Of a DNA stretch of 64,000 nucleotides, positions 42,111-53,760 are shown piece by piece (the stretch's first letter is position 1; each line of letters starts with the position of its first letter). Source of the stretch: Bugula neritina (taxonomy: Eukaryota; Animalia; Bryozoa); contig OZ037766.1 in NCBI GenBank assembly GCA_964035545.1, positions 3,224,001 through 3,288,000 on the forward strand, read 5' to 3'. The notes under the pieces were generated by a model. It did no database searches and was not told the origin of the DNA. It saw only the letters and a program-made list of their open reading frames with translations. The position numbers and the translations under genes are program-made.

Positions 42111-44085
42111 GGACGAGAGGATATCCTGTAAAAACTGCAGAGGCCAGTAGCTGCTCAAACTATACTGAAAATCTAGTTAGAGCATACTATACGTTTTTAT
42201 ATATCAATTTTCCTGGTTATTTTAATTAGAATCATGTTTAGTTTTCTTTTAGGAAAGAATTGTTGGCAATGTCTGTATAATATATGTATGCTGAAAATGA
42301 GATAAAATTGACATTGCTGGTTTTAATGTCAGGAGTAATTAATGTATACCAATTAAATATATATCACATTACTTGAAAAAACAAATAAGCGTTTCATTCA
42401 CTTTTTAAAAAGAAACACTTTTAATTTATAGTTGAATCTTTATTTTCCTTTTGTGCTTATTTACATGCAAACTCAGACTAAAATCTCTGAGTTTGTAAAA
42501 TAAAATTATTGCAACTTAAACTTCCTTTATATATGATAATTTTGAGCTATAAGTTTTACTATTAAAAACTTCCCAATACAAAGAAAAAAGACATTTAACT
42601 ATTAAAGTCAGTTTGTTTCAAATAAGTAGAATATTTGTAAAATAACTATGCATGTGATGACAATGGTTGCCACGGGATATTTTTTTGATTGTTGCAAACA
42701 AATTAATAACAGACTTAAAGAAATCAGCACCATGATAGTGGATTATTTCTCTGAAGAAAAGTATATATTGATTGGGTAAGTAGATTTGTAACATAGGATG
42801 TGTAGATACAGAGTAAACTATAAATGCACTTGTCTCAATTTAAACCTTTGCTTGTGTCTTTTAAAACTTACCTTATAAGATCAATAGATAAAGTAACGTA
42901 CCTTTGAATTTGAAAAGAAATATTACAGTTTTTTATTACTATAACATGCATGACTTATAGCTGCTACTCAGCTATTTCTGAATTGCATGCAGTTAATTTA
43001 TTATTTATTATCTGATCATCTCCACATGACACTTATAGTTTATAAAATAAGGTTTCAAACAGAGCACTGAAACAAGCATTATATGTTTAGCATTACACTT
43101 TGAAAATTCAAAGGCACAGACATTTTTCACTGTACTACATTTATAGCTTAAATAATGCACAAGTTTAGCAACAGATAAAAACAAAAAGCTGGTTTATTCA
43201 AATGCATGAAGTAATTTTATTCTATTGGCATGCAAAATGTAAACCATCATTTAATGATGTACCTCAATGTCTCTCTGAGTTTGAATATATTTTAATGGCA
43301 GATAAAGCAGTCCTTCATTTGCTGCAATTACATTGCTTTATAATTACCAACAAATAAAGTTTTGTTATAAAGTTTCATGATTGATGCCAGTTTATTTGCC
43401 AACTTGTATTGATAAGCATAATTGCAACATTATCATGATGTAATTGAAATTTTTTTTTGTTTTTCCAACACAAGAATTAAATACAACTAACTTAAAAGGT
43501 TATATATAAAGTGAACTAAAAAAATTATAAGATAGGTTGACTAGATTAATAGAGCGTTTGAGTCAGGCAGCCAGAAGAATTGAAGGGTGCAGATTCCAAT
43601 GTCAGAAGTCACCTGCAACACAAAAGTATAAAAAGCAAAACAATACATAATAGTAGCATTATATATGCAGAATTATGCTTTAAAAATAACACATACAAGT
43701 ACAATTTATTGTATTTAAAAAAGTAACCACCCACAATGTTAAGAATTCAACATATGCAGCTTAAAAACAATTCTTTGTTGTGTTAATTTATAGAAACATT
43801 GCTTTTACTATAACAATTTAAAAATGACTAAATATTTTGTTTTTATAATTGAACTCTCTAACTAAAATCTTGTTTGATTTATTGCTTATATAAAGGCAGT
43901 TATTATTAAAAACTAAAACTTTAATAAAAGCATTGAAGATCTGAGATAAACATATCGTAGAAAAAATGGGTAGATCTAGGATTTGAAAGACAAAAGTCTA
44001 ATTCACGGAAAATTATAATCATAATGTGTATAAAAACACAGAAAATATCTTTTCAATATAATAACTTACTGAGATTTTGGTTGGT

Positions 44086-44328
44086 TTACTTGCCAAACAG
44101 AAAACCGGATCCAAAAAGGCCATTGTTGGAATGATGTTTGTTGTGGTTGTTGTAGTACCCATAGGGTCCGTGACCTTTCTTTTGGTTACCATAGTAACCA
44201 TAGTTGGATGGTCCATGGTAACCGTAGTTAGAAGGTCCGTAGCCCTTATTATGGTAGTTGTGGTATGGGTAGTAGATAGCAGAGACGAGTGAAAGGCAGA
44301 CAGCCAATAGGATTGCAATAACCTTCAT
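44086..44328 (-). CDS. Secreted Tyr/His/Gly/Asn-rich peptide, subfamily C (C1), 80 aa
   Basis: MKVIAILLAVCLSLVSA|IYYPYHNYHNKGYGPSNYGYHGPSNYGYYG...GFLFGK; mature 63 aa with 13 Tyr and 7 His. TATAAAA 44984-44990, Inr TCACTT 44955-44960, donor 44908-44913, acceptor 44345-44346, 3'UTR donor 44064-44069, acceptor 43613-43614. Confidence 0.93.
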   Translation of the reverse strand: MKVIAILLAVCLSLVSAIYYPYHNYHNKGYGPSNYGYHGPSNYGYYGNQKKGHGPYGYYNNHNKHHSNNGLFGSGFLFGK

Positions 44329-44954
44329 GTTTACAGTTGAGTTTCTACATGTAAAGCATAGAAAGCTACTTTTACACACAAAATATTACTGCTATAAATT
44401 ATGAATTGTTTGTCACACCATAACAATACTGCAAAGCACATATTAGCTATAATCTTTTATTTTCAATCCTGAGTATTTTTCCGTAAATTTTATAAAATAA
44501 TACATCTAGACTTTAATTTATTATCGTATGCATAATTTAATTCAATTCATTTTATAAGTTAAAGAAAACCTATGGCCCTGAACTAACTTCAAATAAACTA
44601 ACCACATATAACAACTTTCAAAATAATTTTTTTCAGAAACCTAATTATTATCAAGTAGGAAAACTCGTGCATGTAAATCTTATCCCCAAAACAACTTAAT
44701 ATGGCATTTTATATCTGCTTTATTTTCATCCAGTTGAAATATAAAAAGTAAAAATATATTCTTCAACTAACATATTTATATATTATGGTATGAGAGAAGT
44801 TATAAGTGTCAACATTGCAATGCACTTGTGTTTATTATTTATAAATTAATTTTAGTTATACCTATAAACTCTAAAAAAGCTGAATGAAAGAGAAAAAGCA
44901 AAAATTAGCTTACCTTGAATCTGGCTGTACTGAAATGTTTACGATGTGTAAAGT

Positions 44955-45041
44955 AAGTGATTTACTGATCCGAGTTACTTCTCTTTTATACCTCATGCAT
45001 TTGATAATTTTTAGAGTCTAATCCCAATCTTGTGACTTGGT
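44955..45041 (-). promoter_or_regulatory. Core promoter of C1
   Basis: GTGACTTGGT 45032-45041, TATAAAA 44984-44990, TCACTT 44955-44960. Confidence 0.7.
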
Positions 45042-45733
45042 TATTGCAATTATTGCCGCTGATTATTCCATAATGTGCTTATTACAACAATATCGATTGA
45101 AATTAAAATAAGCCAAGCTTAGCACCTTTCAGTCATGATGATGCAAAACAATATCCCTATAATCAGCTACTTGTAAAACGTGACTTTAATGAAGAAAAAA
45201 CTGGCAAAAAAGTGCTAAATGAAGTTTTGCTTCATCATTCAAGTAGATCGTTTTTAAGCTATTTACAACTTGCTAGAAGGACAAGATCTTATATGCTAAG
45301 TTTAATTATATCACTTATTAATATTATTCACACTTCTCTATCACAAAACTTCTCTGAACAAAATGTGTCTATAAAGAAGTTTTTAAATAAATATCTTGTA
45401 TCTAGTAATTCCGGCATGAAGAAGTATACAAAGCTATGTAAAAACTGTAAGTGCACAAACAAGCTAATCATGCAAAAAAAAACTATCTGAAAATGCTTTA
45501 CAATACAGATAAAATATTTACAGATTTATACTTTCAACAGTTACATATTAGTGTTTATGTGAACTCATAACTAATTAAATGCTAAAGATAAGCAGCAAAA
45601 TATGGAGCCTACATGATATAAATTAGTTTTACTCCTTAGAGCATATTAAATGCTTTTTAATTATATATTTTGACACAACACATAATTCAGCCTAAATATG
45701 TTGTGTTTAAATAGTTTATATCTATAAAACCTT

Positions 45734-45806
45734 TGCCCCATACTGAGATTCAAACCTGAGACCTCTGAATTGCAAGCAGGCACACTAACCATTACACTAC
45801 AGGGAC
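45734..45806 (-). mobile_element. tRNA-derived remnant (tRNA pseudogene or SINE head)
   Basis: The minus strand reads TCCCTGTAGTGTAATGGTTAGTGTGCCTGCTTGCAATTCAGAGGTCTCAGGTTTGAATCTCAGTATGGGGCA: about 72 nt, with A-box TAGTGTAATGG and a decayed B-box GGTTTGAATCT. Stems are imperfect, so it is not called a functional tRNA. Confidence 0.65.
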
Positions 45807-46969
45807 CCCTGGGTAATTAACTCGTCATCAAAAGACCCTATAGGAGGCATAAAAATAGAAGTAGCTATATATTTCATTGAAAATTCCATCAAAGTTTATA
45901 TTCCAAGAATATTTTTGTTGGTAATTCTGGTGAATAGATTCTACCACTGAAGCACTTGTGTTTATATATCTTTTAATAATTTTATATTTTAGCTGAAATA
46001 AAGATGTTCAAATTTTTATATGTATCTAAAAGCAAAGCCTTGCAGCTTGAGCTTGCAAAGTAGATAATAGTGCTTAAATTTATTAAGACTCTATAGCAGA
46101 AATTGTGACATGAAAAAATTAATAAAGCATATATTTGTTATTCTGATATCTTTTAGAACGGATGATTTTTATAATTTCATACGAATCACATGACTTGTCT
46201 ATTTTGTCATCTAAGCAAAGTATTTCCTGATGATCGGCTCTTATTTTGGGATTTCTTCTGTCACATTCTAATCCAAATAATCTCTCAATTTTGCTGATCG
46301 TGCTTCCTGAAGTGGTGGCATGCAAGCACACTCCGTGATCAGCTTTACGGGAGTTATCTTTGCTGAGTCATGCAGGTAAATCTTTTTACATCATCAAAAC
46401 TCTTTCCTAGCAACACAGTCTCTGAGATTTTGGAATATTCCTCCATTACCAGATCTTTATAATTTCTATACTATGGAACTCTGGGAAAAATGTTTAATTT
46501 GCTATAGGCATAAGAACTATTATTCATATTATATTATAATATATTAAAATAAACATTTTATTATGTATGTGTACAAACATCTCAACAGATCAAACAACAT
46601 TTAACTCCATCCACATAACACCACTACTTGACTGCAATTATAAAAATGTGCAAAAATCCAAGTAAAAAGACTTCAATTTAGTTATACATTTATCTTTAAA
46701 TAAGTTTAACAATTACCACTATTCCAAATCACACATTTGGATAAGAATATAATACATTGATAATTGTTTACCTTTTGCAGTTTATGCTGCATTCAGTAAT
46801 AATTGCGTCAATTTGGCAGTTTATGCTGTGTTCAGCTATACATTTTATTATTTCTGCACCTTATATGGCAGCTCAATAAACAAGAATGATAAAACAGTTT
46901 TAAATCTTCAATATCGTGAGTTTGATACGACGTAACATATATATGATGAATAAATAAATAAATAAATAA

Positions 46970-47353
<384 letters not shown>

Positions 47354-48911
47354 ATTATATTTGTTTCAGCAACATTATTAATTGATACTGCATCATTGCA
47401 AGTGTAAAATAAAGTAATTTTGTTTGAAGAAAACACAACTCTAACAATGAAGATACTCAATAGATAGTTATTAAAACTGGTTTGGCTTAAATATAAACCT
47501 AAATCTTGAAAAACCTCTAGAAAAAGCTCCTTAAAGCAGTTGTCTACTGCTGTAGATAATTTTACAAGATAACACAATTCTTTTGTGCAAGCATGCAGCA
47601 ATATTGGTTTGCAAATAAAATCTGGAGCTTTTAAACATATAATGCACTTTTTTAAAGCATGAAGTTAGGTTAAATATTTTTCACAAATCCATAAATTTTG
47701 TTTAGCTGTGCAGCATGTCTATGAATTCTAAATCGTTTATAGAGCTACAATACATATTAAGTCTTCACCATTTTATTTGACTTTAAATAGGACTATACAA
47801 TTTGTATAATTGTGCTGGCACACATCATTATTTCTAAAATATCTTTCCTATTGTTTTTTTAGATTTTGGCTCAAGAAACTCATATGCTTTAATTCTCAAT
47901 ATACTTCATTTATCTGCAAATTTTTTAGTTGTGGTTGGTATATATATAGAAAATTGTTCTATTTACTTGATAGCTATATAGTAAGCTGTCTTAAAATGGC
48001 AGATGTAATGAATGTCAAATAAACAAGTAATTAAATAACAATGAATACATTTACTCAAACTAAATATACAATCTGCACATATAATTTTGACGATAGAAAA
48101 AACACGTATCACTGCTACAATTATATTTAGTATACTAAAAGCAATTGTTTTCATTGCTAAACTAGAATACTCAATAAAGCGTTTTTCATGAAACACCTGC
48201 TAATTTACTCTTATTTCACAGCTACCGTAAACCCCAAACTTGAACAGGTAGATATATATTATATGCAAAGTACAAGAACTTAAACACACTAGTGCAATAG
48301 CTCCATAATATTATTATGGTAACAATAAGGTAGATCAATAATTGAAATGAGCAGAAATTTATTTGGATAAATTTTATTGAAAATAACAATCAACAAGATA
48401 ACTAAACAAAAAACAAACTTTCAACCAAAATTTTTAAAATTATCAAGTAACAAAGTATAACCATTAGTTAGAAAAACTTGTGTAGTTGTCAGGATCCTCA
48501 GGCAGCATCGGTTCTTCAAAGTCAGCATTCCTGCATAAAGCAGAAAAAATTATAAACCACATTTTTTATGAATAAATGCAAATGTGATTTTGTTATTCAA
48601 CTATAATAATTATGATATTTCATGAAAAAGAGGAATTTTTTATAACTTTTTCTCAATATAGAATTATTTCAGCTGTAACTAGAGCAGAAAATGTGAAACC
48701 TTGATGAGTCTAAAAGAGTTTGATATTATTGGAGCAAATATATATCAAATTAAATTGAATATATGAAATTGAAATAAAATTGAATAATTAATTATAATCA
48801 CCCAATAATAACTGTATATGCGTGCATATATATTATACAATAATATTGTATTATAGCAAACCCCTTCATTTATAAATGTTACTTACATTTATCAGGTTTT
48901 AAAACAAAAAT

Positions 48912-49121
48912 TTATCCTCTGTAATAATAGCTGCCGCGTCTCCTGTGTGTGTTGTGGTATCCCCTGTTGTTGTAAGATCTGTAGCTGTTGTAACCCCTGT
49001 TGTAGTTGTTGTAGCGTCTGTAGCTAGATGGCCTGTAGCTGTTGTAGCGGTAGTTATTGTAACGGTATGCAGCCGAGGCAAGCACAAGGCAGACAGCCAA
49101 TAGGATTGCAATGACCTTCAT
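48912..49121 (-). CDS. Secreted Tyr/Arg/Asn-rich cationic peptide, subfamily D (D1), 69 aa
   Basis: MKVIAILLAVCLVLASA|AYRYNNYRYNSYRPSSYRRY...HRRRGSYYYRG; mature 52 aa with 15 Tyr and 12 Arg; shares SYRPSSYRRYNNYNR with subfamily B. TATAAAA 49839-49845, donor GTGAGC 49767-49772, acceptor 49138-49139, 3'UTR donor 48881-48886, acceptor 48531-48532, AATAAA 48373-48378. Confidence 0.93.
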   Translation of the reverse strand: MKVIAILLAVCLVLASAAYRYNNYRYNSYRPSSYRRYNNYNRGYNSYRSYNNRGYHNTHRRRGSYYYRG

Positions 49122-49810
49122 GTTTACAGTTGGAAGTCTAAAACACAATAAATAAAAGTTGATACAGTGAACGAAACAGGTTATATTTCTCATAATTAAT
49201 TATTAAAAATAATGGTTTGTAGCTGGAACTGTTAGGCCAAATACATTAGTGCATGTTAGAGTTGGATTCCAAATATATTAACTAAACTCTATCAGAAGTT
49301 ATAAACCCAATTAATATTTTTTTAATTTTGTAGCCAGACTGTGGTATTTGCGCAGTTTAGAGTTTTATTTAAAAAGTTGTTTATTTGAAAGCTGCTTTTA
49401 AAAATTTATACAATCAAATTATTATTATTAAATCTTTGCAATTGCTGTGCTAAAAGCTCCCTTCATTAGAAAAAAATTAACTCCTATAGATTGAAACAAT
49501 TATATTGCACTCATTTATAATGCATCTCTATAAGTGAAACAAGTAACTTACATGCAATGCCTAAAATATGACTATACAGTACAACGGAAACATAACATTA
49601 TTTCATTGTTGCTTATATGCATGAATATTATAATCATTTTCTTATGAAACAAAATAAATCTTTTATTTTTTAACGTATAAAAAGAAATACATTTTGAATT
49701 TTTTTTAAATACACTCCAAAAAATATTCTATTAAAAAAATTAAAAGAAGTATATATATAACCGATAGCTCACCTTGGAGAATGATGCTGTAGTAAAACAA
49801 GTATAAAACT

Positions 49811-49895
49811 CTGTGAAAGCTTTTGAAAATTTCTCACTTTTTATACTTCTTTCAAACAGGACACAGAACTTTCTAATTAACCTAAATGACTTGCC
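49811..49895 (-). promoter_or_regulatory. Core promoter of D1
   Basis: ATGACTTGCC 49886-49895, TATAAAA 49839-49845, TCACAG near 49811-49816. Confidence 0.7.
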
Positions 49896-52808
49896 AAAAT
49901 GTAGGAATTATTTATTGTTTCCTATTTGTGTTCTTGCATAAATCAGTTTTACTAATTGAAAGTGCACATCGGGAATGTTTCCAATACACTAATCCTGTCA
50001 TTGATGTTTATTAGCATGACCAGGTGACCAGACGGGCCGGCGTTAATAGCCAAATGTGGCATTTGTTACTCATCAGCTTGTCTGTCTCTGCATCTTTTTA
50101 ACAGAAGTACAAACGTTTTGAAATGTCAACTCTAATTGATTTGTTTATTGCACATATCCTAGCTAGTGCAGTATATCAACATATATATAATTATGCTCTT
50201 TTGATAGTTTAGCTTTCCAACTTAACAACATAGTAAGTAATAAAATAATTATGATATAGAAGTGGCTACCTAATTGATACATCTATGGCATTGATGAGTG
50301 TGAGCTTTGCATATATTGCTAAATTGCATTTTGGGCTTATTAAGGAACGCTTGTTTGTATTATTTACTCCTGCTGATCAGATTAAACGCAACTTTTCTCT
50401 GAACAGATGCGTTTCCAAAATTGGCATATTATAGTTTAAGGGAAATCTTGCATAAAACATTAAAAATCTTTTAACACTTTATACTGTACTATGACTGTAT
50501 CAGGTAACTTTTATAAATTAATATACTTGGGAAGATTTCAGATTGAAGGTGCAAGTAGATTATTTATTAATGCTAATGTTTTTAAACATCAACACACAGA
50601 CCATATTGAGAATAAAACATACTCACTATATATTAACTGTATGAAGTTTGGTTTTCTCAACTGCATTTCCCATCTAAAATTCCAAACTCATCGTGCTAGT
50701 TGATTCTTGGTGCTCATACTTTTGATAAGAAACCATAAATTGTACTATTTGCCACTGGATTTTAATCAACGACACAAAAATTCAAATTATAAAATGCTAT
50801 TTGTTTATGCAGATCATTTTATATTAAAGCCCTTCTCAGCATATATTATATATAACTGTGTTACTCTTTTAAGGAACTACACCTGCCATAAGTAAAATAA
50901 ATCCCGCTGTGCCTTAAAGCAAACATTCTAACCCTAAATATAATGCATAGGTTCATATCAACACAGCTCTCTCCTCACCATTAACCAGAGAATATTAATG
51001 CATGCATGTGTGTCAGCAAAGAATTGTTACTGTGTCAGCACGGATGCTGTATGGCACAGATGCCTAAATGTAGTGATAGCACGGATGCTGTATACTGGCT
51101 ACACATGCAGATGCAGGGTGAATGGATGGAGAACACAACTCAACCTTTTACCTAATGCCTCCAGTTTATTTCTCTCACAAAACTCAAACTGTAACCTAAA
51201 ACCGTAAAAAAGTCTTGTTAAATTAACATTAATCAACACAGCTATATTTCTGACAAAACATTTATTTAATAACGTTAGAAACAAAAGATAGTATGATACT
51301 TGAAATAATTAAAATTATTTGGACAATAAAGTTTAAGTTGCCTGCATCTTTGACAAGAGGAAAATTGAGCAATACTGACTCATTTAAACAAAAACTACCA
51401 GTAAAAAGCTTTCATCACACAATACTTTTTTTAAAGCTACAACAAAAAACTCCTGCAACAATTTGTGTTTATATAATAGCAATTGAACCTATATTGGTAG
51501 ATTTCAACAATCATTGCCCAACAATACTTTTTCAAATGTTATTGCTGCAGCTGCCATTATATTGCGCAATGCTAATTCTTCCATAATTCTACAGGCGTAC
51601 AATCTATCATGCAGATGGGGCTCATTTGTCTATAGGAAGACAGCTCATCTAGGAAGAAGAAAAACTGATTTCTCCATCTATTAAGGTGATTGTAATATTA
51701 TAGGCCTATATACCTTTAATTCGTGTAGTATTTTGAGTGACAAATGTGAGAGCTTATTAACTTGCATAGGTAGGGTCGAAAAGTTCAATAGTTTCGGTTT
51801 TACACATGTTTAATTGCAAGTAAAAGTATATTTTTAAAACTTCATAACTCTAAGGACCTCCATTAGAAAGTGTTAGAAAACATAGAACATTTGTTGATAT
51901 ATAAATCATAAATTTATATTGTCAGTCAAGTACTCAATTTATGTTGTTGTAAGTAAATAATGAATGTTAGAAGCGTTCAACACCTAAATCTAGCTCGAAA
52001 GCAAGATTATTGAGGAAGCAACTCCTGGCTGACTACAACACAAGCTAAAGCCTGCTTTAATACCCCTTTCTAAAAGTACTAAAGAATCTTGGAATTTATT
52101 ATAATTTGTAGCATTCTACTCTTTAGTTCGATGTTATGGTTTTGTATATTTGAAATCCCTCTACTACAATATTGAACCAAGATACAACCTGATCTATATA
52201 TAAGTCTAAAGTGCAATTATATAATGCTCTATTTATTATAAAGTGTTGTAAAATAGAGAGAAATATAGTTTTAATGATATGATTTTAGTTTATTGAAGTC
52301 AGCACAAAAAGTAGAGTTACAAGTTTCAAAATTCAGAGATCTAACAATATGTAACATAAAGAGAGCAGCAACTTAACAATGTTTTATCAAAAAGGAGTTT
52401 TTAAGTAGAGTAAGGAAATCATAAGAATTTTAGGAGCGAAAGGCTTCAACGTCAGGAGTTATCTGTAAAATAAATAAAAATAATTTTGATATTATTGCAT
52501 AGTATTAGTAATTTATGAAGATGAAATTTGTTTTTGCGGACAAATTATAATAAAAATGTTTTATTATCATTATTATTGTTAAAAAGCGAACTAAAGTAAA
52601 TTTTTTAACTTGCATGAATAATATATGCAGAAGTAATTGCAAATTCAGCACTATAAGTTATAAATACTATCATTTTATCAATTATAATATATTTTTACTA
52701 TATATCAATACATCTCAGTCCAGTTCACTATACCAAAAGTAATATTATATAGCTGAATCCGGTAACACTCACCCAGGGCAATACGTACACTGCAGTTTCA
52801 AGAATGGC

Positions 52809-53054
52809 TTATTTTCCAAAACCAAAGTTATTTGAGCCAGAAAAGCCAGTCTTTGGATGATGTTTGTTGTGGTTGTTGTAGTACCCATAGGGTCCGTGAC
52901 CTTTGTTTTGGTTACCATAGTAACCATAGTTAGATGGTCCATGGTAACCATAGTTAGAAGGTCCGTAGCCCTTATTATGGTAGTTGTGGTATGGGTAGTA
53001 AATAGCAGAGACGAGTGAAAGGCAGACAGCCAATAGGATTGCAATAACCTTCAT
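52809..53054 (-). CDS. Secreted Tyr/His/Gly/Asn-rich peptide, subfamily C (C2), 81 aa
   Basis: Start at the shared MKVIA ATG (CAT 53052-53054). TATAAAA 53698-53704, donor 53623-53628, acceptor 53071-53072, 3'UTR donor 52767-52772, acceptor 52463-52464, AATAAA 52289-52294. Confidence 0.93.
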   Translation of the reverse strand: MKVIAILLAVCLSLVSAIYYPYHNYHNKGYGPSNYGYHGPSNYGYYGNQNKGHGPYGYYNNHNKHHPKTGFSGSNNFGFGK

Positions 53055-53668
53055 GTTTACAGTTGAGTTTCTACAATGTATAGAATATAGAATTATAAAA
53101 TTTCCATAATCAACCAGTAATATATAATTAAAAAATAAAACTTTTACAACATTATTACAACTCCTTACTTTCAACATTCATAATTTATTAATTAAAGAAC
53201 TTGACAGAATGTGTCTCTACTCTTAAATCAATAAACAATGTAACTTTTCTTATCAATTTAAAGTTTACAAAACACTCTGTTGCAAACTAAATTTATACAT
53301 AAGATTGTGAAAATGTTATGCTTTAAAACTTTCTACTTGATATGTTTAGGTTTTTAAAAAAAAACCTGAATAATATCTGATAATTTCATACTCTTGTTTA
53401 GTTTTATTATAATATGGGTTTACATAAAAGAAATAAAAGTGACAGTGTCATTTTTACATTAAAAACAACGAAGTATAATTCACTATTTATCATTAAATTA
53501 GATAATAAAACTATAGACATTGTTTCATACATGTTCTTTCTGATCATTGTTTTTTAATAATAAATTTTTTAGTCCTTTTTTTTCAAATTGCTAGAATAAT
53601 AATTATATTAACAAAGAAAAGTTCTTACCTTGAGGCTGGATGTGTTGAAGTGTTCAAGTCAATAAAGC

Positions 53669-53760
53669 ATCTGATGAAAAAAAGTAGACCCACGCCTTTT
53701 TATACCTTCTGAAGCTGACCATCTCTTAAAGTCATACCCTAGCTAATCTCATGACGAAGC
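53669..53760 (-). promoter_or_regulatory. Core promoter of C2
   Basis: ATGACGAAGC 53751-53760, TATAAAA 53698-53704, TCAGAT 53669-53674. Confidence 0.7.

Larger units (their letters stand above)
23100..43000. repeat. Diverged tandem array of about 3.7-5.6 kb units, each carrying a subfamily-B gene
   Basis: Recurring intergenic blocks (e.g. CAAAGAAAC..TTAGCAGTTGCTTTCTCTTACTCTATT near 26433/31020/36607; CAGTCACGTA near 25681/29435/33965/39605) repeat in register with genes B2-B5. Boundaries are approximate. Confidence 0.85.

Noticed and set aside
45734-45806. Functional tRNA (Cys or Ala anticodon)
   Set aside because: The acceptor and anticodon stems pair poorly and the T-loop reads TTTGAAT; kept only as a tRNA-derived remnant.
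48464-48530. Acidic reading frame NADFEEPMLPEDPDNY in exon 3 of the D genes as a C-terminal acidic propiece
   Set aside because: It lies after the stop codon and is out of frame with the CDS after splicing; the other subfamilies have no equivalent frame.
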